Shown: positions 14,008-24,667 of the stretch, piece after piece
How positions within the stretch are numbered: position 1 is the stretch's first letter
Layout: each line of letters opens with the position of its first letter
DNA from: Tubiluchus corallicola
Lineage: Eukaryota > Animalia > Priapulida
Assembly (NCBI GenBank): GCA_030141605.1
Contig: JAQGDQ010000124.1
Span: 62,001-126,000, forward strand
DNA: 64,000 nucleotides
Direction: 5' to 3'
Position numbers and translations under genes: made by a program
Notes under the pieces: model-generated
Databases searched by the model: none
What the model was told of the DNA's origin: nothing
What the model saw: only the letters and a program-made list of their open reading frames with translations

Positions 14008-17000
14008 TTAAGTGGACAGCAAGTTCTGATATGTCAGTGCCTGCTCGAAGTTCTCTTTACCTGGGTTCGAATTCAAGGCTTCCTTTGTTGGTTCTAACAT
14101 CTCTTCGTTGTTCACTTCAATATCTTTTTTGTCAGCACCTGGTATATCGTCACCTTCTTCCGAAGGAGATCCGGTAACAGGGGTTATAAATAGTTGTGCT
14201 ATGGCATAGAGGCAGCAACAAATGATGGCGGCGATACCGAAACATCGAAACGTAATAGCACCTCCGTACGCCTCGTATATGAAACCTCCTATCAAACTAC
14301 CAAAACCTGAGCCTAAAAAATAGAATATCCCGGTATTATAATATTATATGTAAAAGATAATAATAAAACGAGGTATTACTGTTGCTTTTAGCCCTGTTAA
14401 ATTGTAGTTCAGGATTGTCTGTCATCTATCCATATACCACAAGCAAACATAATATTATTGATTTTCCATATACCACTACAGAACATGGCACAATAATGTT
14501 TAACACAAAAGAAAACACGTAAGTCGTGATACAAAGTTGGTGCAGCTTTACCACCTCAAATAGTTTACTAATGCACCATCAACAATTATTGTATAAAGGC
14601 AGTAATACGTGTCGTGGAAAGCAATGTTTTGCTATGAAACTCACTGGCAACAGTAGCTGTAGATACCAACGTGTTGTAAGCCTGAACATAATTCAGCTTA
14701 TCTCATCATGAAATTTCAATGGACATTACAAACCCATATGAATCAGCAGACATATTCTACAAAGCCACATTTAGCAACGGGTATAAATGCGTAGAATTCA
14801 GCAATATGAAATTTGAATACGAGTCAAACACTTTTCAAATACTGCTTACCTATTCCGTCAAACAAACCGGCGACGAATGCTTGCATAGTGGCCGCCGTTC
14901 CTTTAGGTGAGATGAGATTGCAATATGATACGGCAGTGGCATACATCAGCCCAAATGATGGCCCGTGAAAGAGATTCATTGCAAGTGCCCACCACGGATT
15001 TCTCATAAAAGAGAAGATGATAAATCGAGCACCATATGCCAAAAAGGCAATATAAAAGCATCTAACATGTCCTATTTTCTTTATCATGTAGCCAGAGATG
15101 AAAAAGAACGGTAATTCACATACAGTCTCTGCAGTTAAATCAAAACCGAACAGCAGTTCTGTAGCACCCAAATCACCTAGATACCACAAACTAAATGTTA
15201 TTAATGCTCCAAATTGCATCCCAAGTGCTATAACTGCAAGCAGAAATACAACTACAGCTGGCTTTCGGCAAATTTTAAACACATCTTTGGCAATATTTTG
15301 TGACTGGTATTCTACTTTTACTGTAAGTGTGAGATTAATTATAACCACTATTACCATAAAACCAAAATACAAATAAAAAGCAGGATTGAAGTTCATGTAC
15401 TCGGCATTATTTATCCGTCGAACTTCTGACATCACAATGCCAGTAATCGAAGCAAAAACACCCCATCCAAATGTGCCCCATAGTCTTTGCTTTCCATAAT
15501 CTTCATCCTTTTCACCAAGATACACAAATGTTATCATGTCAAGCATGGAAATATTTGACAAAAAGAATATTTTAGATAAAATATACAGTACAAGCAAGGC
15601 CCAGAATTCCCAGACTAATCGGACTCCCTTCTCAGACTGCCCCACGACGGCACATTGCAACATATCAGCCTTACATTTGACCGTGCAAAAAGCGAGATGG
15701 TTATTGGCATGTTCTACTGCATCACATATAGACGAAAAACTCCCTGCATCTCTTGGAGTAACTCTATAAGTATTGCAATATAAATCGGCAATTACATCTA
15801 TGGAATCTCCACTTGCATTTTTGCTTAAACTAACATTGTCTGTAACAGTATCAAAGTTTGAGGATGTGTTAAAAAGTTCTACTGCGTGCCCATTATCAAC
15901 GATGGGTTCAGAAACTAACAACTTAATATTCAACTCAACGTCACTCGTTTTTAAAGCAGTTCCATTTGCAGAAGAATTAAACACTGGACACACTAATTCG
16001 CATGACTGAGGTTCTGTCACTTTCAACAATATACAATCATGACAGTACAGCAGTTCAGCTGACAAACTGTCTTCTGAGCACTCTGGTGTAACCTGGTGGG
16101 AAAATCTATGGCGATGAATCGGTGGCACCAGCAAAATTGCCATGAAAAATGCTGTCATCAGAAATATGCTGACTAACAGGACCATTTTGTGCGCACGCAA
16201 GTAATCTGCCACTGCACCAACTAAAGGCTTGCCTAACACAGCTGTGAAAGGGATGATAGTGTAGATGATTCCAACCTCTAGTGGATTCCATCCTTCCTCC
16301 TTTAGGTAAATAGCAAGGAATGGGACGAGGCACGCTACACCTGTAAATGCAACAAAATAGTATTATAAACAAGAAACAAATATATAAGCAATTTAAGATT
16401 CATCAAAAAACGATTTCTCACAAAAATTAACTTTCAAAATGTTTTCAAAAGCCTCAAGATTTTTGTCGAGAGTCTTGAAGCTTCTGACCGTGGTATTGTA
16501 GGACAGTTAAAAACATTCAATACAAAAAGTATGAAAACAAAATTTATCTAGGTTTAACAGATAAACAAAGTATGACAACAAACGAAAGCAGGGTAAAACA
16601 TGACAATGACAGCTTCGATTGGTGCGATTTATATCATAGTGAGGATTTTTGTTACCATGCAACACAATGTAATGCAAAGCAATGCAATGCAAAATAATGC
16701 AATGCAATGCAACCAAATATAACACAATGTAATATAGCATATTGCAATTAATAATAATAAATTCTGTCAATGATATGATATAACCAAACAAGAAAAATTT
16801 AAACGATACCAATACTTTATTGATCTGGCCTATGCTACAAAATGCAATTACTAGCTAAAAGACAAACTAATAGAATTATAGATTAGTGGCGTAATTGCAT
16901 TCGTGTGGCAAGCTATATTGATCTGAGCAGTGGCGCAAGAATTACTGCTCGTTAATGAGGTTTCAGATTTACTGTGGGCAGCTAGCTGCTGTATGAGTTC

Positions 17001-19973
17001 ATGTGTATCCACTAACTTATAAAGATCTAACTTAAAACAAAAAAGTTGCATAAAAAGTTGAGTCTTTAACTGAAAAACATCAATAAGTATAAGAAGCTCG
17101 CACAACTGCATACATAGTTAAAATCATTTAATGAAAATTATGAAACCAATTGCAAGAATGTATTTACCAGTTATACAGAAACTCATATATTTTGCTAACT
17201 TATTCATTATAACCATAACTAGTCACAATCAAATTTTTGGCTATTTCTTCTGGTAAATACCAACAAACAAAATTAAACAGTTTGCAATAAATAATAACGG
17301 TTTATGCTGTTATCACTTTTCAAATATGCCATTCATTTGTATATATATATAATTGTATAATATATATATGTATAATATATATTAAAATTGCAGAGGTAAA
17401 ATTACACTTACATAAAGCCTGAAAGATAAAGCTTAAATATATATAGATATATATATATATATGCGTGTGTGTAATTTTGCAGCTTTATCTTTCAGGCTTT
17501 ATGTAAGTGTAATTTTACCTCTGCAATTTTAATACCTATAATATTATTATATAAGTTGATTTCTTTTCAATTGCTCTTCTAGTATCATACCAATAGATTC
17601 TTTCTGTGTTACTTACAGATGTGCACTTCTTGATTGACAGTGGATTCTAGAATGATCTGATACATCTCACCAAAAAATATCAGCATCTTTATTGTATCAT
17701 TGGTTTTGCCGATTTATAATACTTTAAAAAAAATACAGTGTCCGTTTCACGTAATGAGCGGCTACAGAAAAATGGCAGGTGTTGTGCTAAGTAAAAGATT
17801 TAACAGTCCAAGGAGACGATAACGTTCAGGTTGCTAATTTTAGACCTTCTCAACTACTTACAGAATACCTAGATTATGTCAAGAAGGTATTGTTCAGCAA
17901 TTCCTAGATTGTATTTTTCATTGCTCAAGATAAAGAATAAATGGCAGTGGCCTTAACACCAAAATGACACATCCTGCAAAACAGGAAACTAAATATTGTG
18001 ACCTGAATACAGCTCACAGATAATGTCGCTTATCCTGGTAGTGCATGCATTTTGACCAAGAATGCTGAGAAGTTAACTGAAAAATGACAAACTTCCAAGT
18101 CTGACACACTGACAAACACAATTAAAATACTGCTTAACAAACTAACAACAAACAGAACTAAAAAGTACAAAAGAACTCCTACAATAACTGAACCACCCAC
18201 TTATTTAATGCAAAAGTTGTGATTATTCTTACAACAATTTATTCTAGGGAAAAAATTTATTAATTTTATAATTACTGTGATTCGTTATAATGCTTAAACC
18301 AAACAATGCTTAGCCTGATAGATTAATAAAGTTTGAACAGCAAACTGATGTAAGACAGTAATGCAATCCCCAGGTTTATCTGCATTTGATCAATCACTCT
18401 AACACTCTTTGCTTAATTATGATAATCATCATCGTACCAGTTATGTCTATTGTAGAAATTGGGTAAACAGAATTCTAAAATTAAAGAAATCTGCCTTCAA
18501 GACAGGTAAACACAGCAGTAATCCTGTCTAGTAAAAACTAGGCATTGCTATGCCTAGAATGATAGCTGTAGTGACTTTTTCTCAAAATTTATCAAAGGAT
18601 GTTTATTGAACAAGCTCGCATTGTTAAAATAATATTGATGCAATGTTAAATTTGGGGTATAATAGTCGTAAATAAGTTAGCATAATTCGATTTGTCAGTA
18701 CAAATCATTGTCATTGTAAGACATTGTACTTTTAAGTTTTGTTTGTTATCAATTTGTACCGTATTTTAGTTGCATTTGTCAGTGTGCCACCCTGGGAAAT
18801 AAGCCATTTTTGCTTAATTTCCCAACGTTCTTGCCAAAATATGTGCACAACCAGGAAAAGTGACATTATGAAGTGAATCCACTTCACGCACTGTAACAAA
18901 AATTCTTGCATAATTTTTACAGTCTTTTTAATTTTTTTACAATTTCTAAGCAACACTTTAAGGACAGTAAACAATTAACAATTGATGATCTTGTTAAGTA
19001 CAATATATTGCAATATTTATGCACAAAACCCACTTTAATTTGTTTCCACAATTTTTTATAAATCCTGTAAACACTACTATACCACCAGTACACTACTACT
19101 ACATATACTACTATACTACACCACAATACTAGCTATAATGAATATTATGTTAGATATTGCAGAACCTATGTTGCTAAACAATTTGTTTCTTTCGTAGGTC
19201 CCAATGTTTGGAATTCTGTTTCTTGTAATATCAGAACAGTATCACGCCAACCTAGATTTAAGAAGGAGATGAAAACATATCTCTTAAATACATATTAGGT
19301 GGATTTGGTCTTCAACTTTTCTTTCCATATTGCGTTCACCACGTTGGTTGCCACTCACAGTCCATCCCTATATATATAAGTAGTGACTTAGCCTTTTCAC
19401 TGCATTTTCATCATTATCACCTCATCATTTTTTAAATTTTTCCTACAACTTTTAGCTTTTTTCTTCTCTTCTACTTACATTACTTACTTATACCCTAATT
19501 TTACCGTCGTGTCATCTCTTTTATCCTACCCCTAACACCTAACAACACACCATGCATTGATTGCAGTTGGGCTTTCCAAGTTTTAGCTTTTAGCTCAGCT
19601 GCAAGAAATTACATCATTTGCTCACTAACTGACTGCTCACTTCATAAGTAATTGCAATTTTGTTTTCAGTTTGTGTAATTGTATGTAATATATCCAATTA
19701 TGTAATTGTAAAGGTATTTTTATCTAATAAACAAATAATAATAAAAAAGGCTAATTTCATAGGAAAAATAACAAAAACAAGAAATAAATAGGAAAAACAA
19801 GTCACCGCATGCACTATTTGTCTGTCATAATAATTATATTTTGAAGAGGGTTGTTGTACAGATTAACCTAGTAGCAAAAACATAAAAAACGTTTACAAAT
19901 ACGTACCCGCATAAAAGAAAAAGTGGTAGCACTTAATAGGAAGAAGTTTCCTGTTCACTTGTCCGCACTTCAT
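14008..19973 (-). CDS. MFSD6: Major facilitator superfamily transporter, MFSD6-like (620 aa)
   Basis: Exons 19973-19907 (MKCGQVNRKLLPIKCYHFFFYA), 16340-14850 and 14312-14008; total 1863 nt, in frame, GT-AG. Family-typical motifs LLPIK..F, YGKQRLWGTFGWG, ELPFFF.SG, TAATMQ, and a large Cys/N-glycosylation-rich insert after TM3. Exact ortholog vs paralog not determinable. Confidence 0.88.
16657..16747. repeat. Degenerate (AATGC)n pentanucleotide repeat
   Basis: aatgcaatgc...aatgcaatgcaatgc; explains the spurious HCIAL-repeat ORF 16507-16812. Confidence 0.75.
17380..17534. repeat. Perfect 54-bp inverted repeat around a (TA)n-rich 47-nt loop
   Basis: 17380-17433 is the exact reverse complement of 17481-17534. 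Confidence 0.95.
19158..19748 (+). mobile_element. 5'-truncated LINE (CR1/L2-type) 3' end in MFSD6-like intron
   Basis: 19158-19298 translates CRTYVAKQFVSFVGPNVWNSVSCNIRTVSRQPRFKKEMKTYLLNTY*, like the GP..WN.L...IR......FK..LK..L C-terminus of CR1/L2 ORF2. Followed by a UTR ending in an AATAAACAAATAATAATAAAAAA tail. Confidence 0.65.
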
Positions 19974-20377
19974 TGTTGTCACATCTTGTTGCTACGCCAA
20001 TGCATGTTTTGTGCGGTGAGTGCTATGAACTGATTTAATGATCTGCTTTGGGAGATTCCATCACGATAGTTACACTATCAAGATGCCTGCAACTGAAAAT
20101 TAAATACTGCATTTAAAATAAATAAGTTTTTCAATTATTTTTGCAATGTACACGTTTTATAATCTTGTCTACTAAAAGGATTTTCAAGTCAGCTGACTCT
20201 GGAAAACAACATTTTCTAGTACTTGACTCACAGTGGTTGCAGTGTTTGTTTTGCTGCAACCGGCACGCACTGGGCACAGGAAGTTGAGCTATTTTACCGG
20301 ATGAGCATATTATGGCCTCGGTTTCTACTGCACGCTCGTCCAACACAATTACTATCATGCGCCCCTTAAACTTCCCT

Positions 20378-20792
20378 TGCAAAAAGGGTGCATATCCATT
20401 ATGACAGAAAGCCACAAGTTCTTTAATGAGAGACACAAATGTAAAGTAGAATATTGTAATGGTCAGCTCATATAAGTATTGATTGCTGGGATTATTCTGA
20501 TAGATCAGTTGTGCTTGGTGAAGGGTTGGTCAGGTGAATCAGGAGAAAATGGGTGTGAATGCAGCTTTAGCTGCACTAAATAACAATCGGTAAAACGAAT
20601 TCACATAGGTGGCAAATCCCCGTGTCCACGTGCATCTGTAAGGTCTTTATGGTCATCCATTCTTGACACATCTTACTTTTGAGTATAGCCATACTTGTGT
20701 TGGTGGAGCCCGGACATTTCCTGCAAAGGGGTGCATATCCCTTATGACAGAAAGCCACAAGTTCTTTAATGAGAGACAAAAATGTACAGTAG
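20378..20792. repeat. ~70-bp direct repeat pair (20378-20449 and 20722-20792)
   Basis: GGGTGCATATCC[A/C]TTATGACAGAAAGCCACAAGTTCTTTAATGAGAGACA[C/A]AAATGTA is present twice, about 344 nt apart. Confidence 0.9.
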
Positions 20793-21879
20793 TGCCAACA
20801 AACATATGTGATGCAAATGATTGTAACTTAGTTTCTATTTTATCATTATGTAGGACATTCAAGGACATCGGCAGAGTTGAAAGGTATATTCCGCTTCTGA
20901 CAATAAAATTTAATATTAAACACTTACACAGAAAGGGCTGCAATTTTGTCGACAGTTTATTTAAAATATGAAAGACTAAAGTGTTTGGCATAAAGCAGTG
21001 TACTGATACATGTGTTATTGCTGTAAGTCACTACACTGAGGTAAGAAAGAAGTTAGCATCTGAGATACATGAGCAGTTAGCATATGGCATCATCGATTTA
21101 GCGCTTAATTCTAGGTGTGTGATAGGTCTACACACATCTAGGTATGGCCATGACTAGACTGACCAGAATCGTTCATCTGGTGATAAATATGCTTGCACCT
21201 GATTACAAAAAAAAAACCGAATCAACAATGCTGTGGAGAAACAAAACGATATTAAACCATACAAGCACAGTGACCATGATAGACGCAGATAAGTTGAAAA
21301 CCAAAACTTCAGAATGTGTGTGTAAAATATGCAGTAACTGAGATAGGCCCATGAAAATACGGCATTGCAATAACAAACCCTTTATTAGTGATTTTTATAT
21401 TCTGTTTCACTTCAAGTATAATGTTATGTTTTGTAATTCGAAAACTTCTCTGTAGCTGCTCAAATGCCTTGTGCTTTACACACTGTTTAGCTTTCCTACT
21501 GAAACTTAACTTTTTATATTTTATAGTTGCATGTTGTTATAAATGTTAACTCCTAATAATGGTCTGCTACTCAATGGAAAGCGCAATTTTTCTAAAAGTC
21601 AAATGTTACTTTTCCCTTCAAGTATTAAATAATGTACCTTAATACTTCTATATGTTAAAACCCATGTCTATAAAGTGATATCTGGACTGTTAAATTTTTA
21701 CAAAATGTGGTAAGCACAGCCTGTGGCACTGCTGTTTATGATGATTTTACATTGACATATAGATTTGAGAACGGCACATGTTATTTATTCTGTGTAGTCT
21801 TTGGTGTTGGATAATTTTGAGATAATTGAACAATAAATGCTTGACAAAAACTATATGAGATTAAGACATTTCATCTGAG

Positions 21880-23960
21880 GTGCCAACTGGTTACAACATC
21901 AGTTAGAACAATGAGAAGAAACTTTGAACGAAAATTGTCGGAAGAATGTGGAAATAATCCTAAAGCATTCTGGGCATATGTAAATTCTAACTTATTGAAA
22001 AAAGAAGGAGTGAGACCCCTAAAAAGAGAGGATGGTAGTATTGCCACTACTAATCAAGATAAGACTAATGAACTACAGAACTTTTTCACATCTGTTTACA
22101 CAAACGAAGATACAAGTCAAATTTCTCAATTACTACCATTAAATGAACATAAGCTTGAAGTATGTAGCATCAGTGAATTAGAGTTTCGTATAAAAGTTAA
22201 AAATATGAAGGCTAATAAATCTATGAACCCTGATGGAATATATGCAAGAATAATTAAGAATAATGAAGATATCCTTATCAGTCCCATGCTACAGAGATTG
22301 AAACCAAAGTTTATCCAGTGGTGTATTACCACAGAGCTGGAAAATGGCCACTGTTTCTGCTATCCACAAGAAAGGTGAAAGAGACTTAGCAAAAAAATTA
22401 CAGACCTATGAGTCTGACATCAGTTGTTTGTAGAAGGAATACTAAGGGGTAAAAGGTACTAAGGGCTGCAACTTTATTACCGAACATAACCTCATTAGTG
22501 ACAGTCAACATGGCTTCAAAACTGGTAGATCTTCCATTATAAACCTATTAGTTTCACTTGAAGAATGGATGGACTTACTCGATAATAAAGGTGAAGTTAA
22601 GGTAATCTATTAAGATTTTTTAAAAGCGTTTGATCGAGTCCCCCATCTGAGGCTGCTCCAAAAATTTGAGTCATGTGGAATTTGCATACAAAACATGGAT
22701 TAATACACTCTTGTACAAATTAATTGAACCAACATATAAAAATGAATGAAAATTCGCTTTTTCTCTTATAATTCAAAACACTTTCATTTAATCGCTCTTG
22801 TAATTTCCCTTATATAATATAGTCCAGTGATTCTTTATCAGTTTCTCAACTCATTTTGCCATGAATTGCATCATGGTACCACATCTAGATGATGGCATCT
22901 ATCAGCTCCTGCCTGGTGGTACAAGTCGGTCTCTCACAAGCACAACTTAACAATTAACCACAAATTTTCAATTGGATTTAAATCCGAAGAGTTGCCAGGC
23001 TAGTACATTTTCGTGTTCTCGTTTGCAAGAAATTTTTGACAACTTTTCCCAAGGAACATCAGGGAAGATCTTTGGTATCCCTGGAATCCTTCTGTTTATC
23101 AGAACCGGAATACATTGCTGCAATCATACCAGTAAGAATATGCAAATTAGGCCAATTTATGTAAGAAATACTGTTTAGGGGGTTTGATAACGCGCAAGTC
23201 TCAGTTCAGGGCTGAAAAATACCATGAGGAGGGGAAGGAAAAATGCAGTAAAATCTATCAGTGGTTCAATTAATTTGCACAATGGTGTAGTTTTCTTTGT
23301 GACAGGAAGCAATGTGTAATAGCCAATGGGCATGAATCAGAATGGGCTAATGTCATCAGCGGTATACATCAGGAAGTGTCCTTGGACCTATTTTATTTAC
23401 TATTTACATGAATGATCAACAGCATGCTTAAATTTCAAAATCATATAAATAATGTTGTTAAACATAGAAGACTGATCTTTATCAAGCGTAGCTTTTCTTA
23501 TCTTGATGGATCGATGATGACCAAGCTATACAAGTTAATGGTTCACCCTATATTGGATTATAGTGATTTGATATGGAGTCCAAGTCGCCAAGACATGATA
23601 AGGAAAATTAAATATACAACGTCGAGCTACTAGACTCGTGCCCGCTGTTTCTCATTTATCATATCTTGCAAGACATAAGAGTCTGGGCCTTACAACTCTG
23701 TCTTAATTCAACAAGACTTAATTCAAACATTTCGTATCCTTAAAAGTACAGAAACCATCAACAGCAAAATATTTTTTCACCGACAGATACATCATGGTAC
23801 AAGAGGTCAATCCTACAAAATTAAGAACAGAACAGTTCCCAAAAGGTGGAGCAGGAGGGATACATTTGCAATTCGCGTAATTAATGAATGGAACATGCTG
23901 CCTGACACTGTAGTTCAAGCCTCTAATCCTGCCCAGTTCAAAATTCGTCTGAAAAAAACA
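21880..23960 (+). mobile_element. Degenerate CR1-like LINE ORF2 (reverse transcriptase) interrupted by a Tc1 element
   Basis: NPKAFWAYVNS, YRPMSLTSVVC, QHGFKTGRS, KAFDRVPH, then after removing the insert WINSFLCDRKQCVIANG...SG..QG(fs)VLGPILFTIYMND, then KLYKLMVHPILDYSDLIWSP and RVINEWNMLP. Frameshifts present; the YADD region is deleted. Confidence 0.9.
22706..23287 (-). mobile_element. Internally deleted Tc1/mariner (IS630-Tc1) DNA transposon
   Basis: 26-bp TIRs CACTCTTGTACAAATTAATTGAACCA / TGGTTCAATTAATTTGCACAATGGTG. TA TSD at 22704-5 and 23288-9. Minus-strand remnant PGNSSDLNPIENLWLIVK...TRQELIDAII (Tc1 DDE motif SPDLNPIE). Confidence 0.92.
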
Positions 23961-23994
23961 CTGCAAATGCGATCCAGAAAAATATATAAACAAT

Positions 23995-24344
23995 AGGTGG
24001 CCTATTTCAGCGCGGGGGAGTCGGGATACTTCCCCGGGGCCTCGCGCCAAGGTAACATTTCTTTTGCTTTATGCGAACATACTGCCACCTCTCTCCCTCT
24101 CTCTTGCCGAACGCGCGCCGTTTGCCAGTATTAAGGACTGGTTTTGAGAATAAAGCAGTTTTTCTTTCGATTGTTCTTTCCTTTAACAACTGTATAACTC
24201 CATATTTTCTCTTCGAAAATGCTTTTACGGCGATCTAGCAGTTCAAAAATTTTCTGGGCGCCAATCATGGTGGCGACGCCACCCTCCGAGGGGGCCACAC
24301 ACGCCCCACTCCCCCGGGCCTCGCTTAGGCTGAAATAGGCCCTG
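23995..24344. mobile_element. GC-rich MITE (hAT-like ends)
   Basis: TIR GGCCTATTTCAGC (23999-24011) / GCTGAAATAGGCC (24329-24341); right end CCCTG; CCCCGGG[G]CCTCGC occurs near both ends. No clear TSD. Confidence 0.65.
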
Positions 24345-24350
24345 AATTAT

Positions 24351-24667
24351 TAATTACCAATAATTACCTTGTATTCACAGTTGTACACTATACAATTCGT
24401 ATCGCCATCATGTTTGTGTGTGTAGTCACGTGACGAATTTCGTACTGCTTTATGCATTATCAGGGCCTAACTTAACAGGCACGTGACACACTGTTGCCTT
24501 AACCGCTTTTACGAAATAAAGATAAAACCTTTACTTTTATAATCTAATAATACTACAGTAATAAATAAAAATAATGGGCGCTATTACACTTTCGCACATC
24601 CTACTTTTGTCTAGTTTATTACTCGTATAGTGTACAACTGTGAATACAACGTAATTATTGGTAATTA
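24351..24667. repeat. 43-bp inverted repeat (1 mismatch) enclosing a GTCACGTGAC palindrome
   Basis: 24351-24393 vs reverse complement of 24625-24667: 42/43 identical. GTCACGTGAC at 24425-24434. Confidence 0.9.

Noticed and set aside
15098-16009. Plus-strand ORFs of 77-92 aa
   Set aside because: Antisense shadows of the long MFSD6-like exon.
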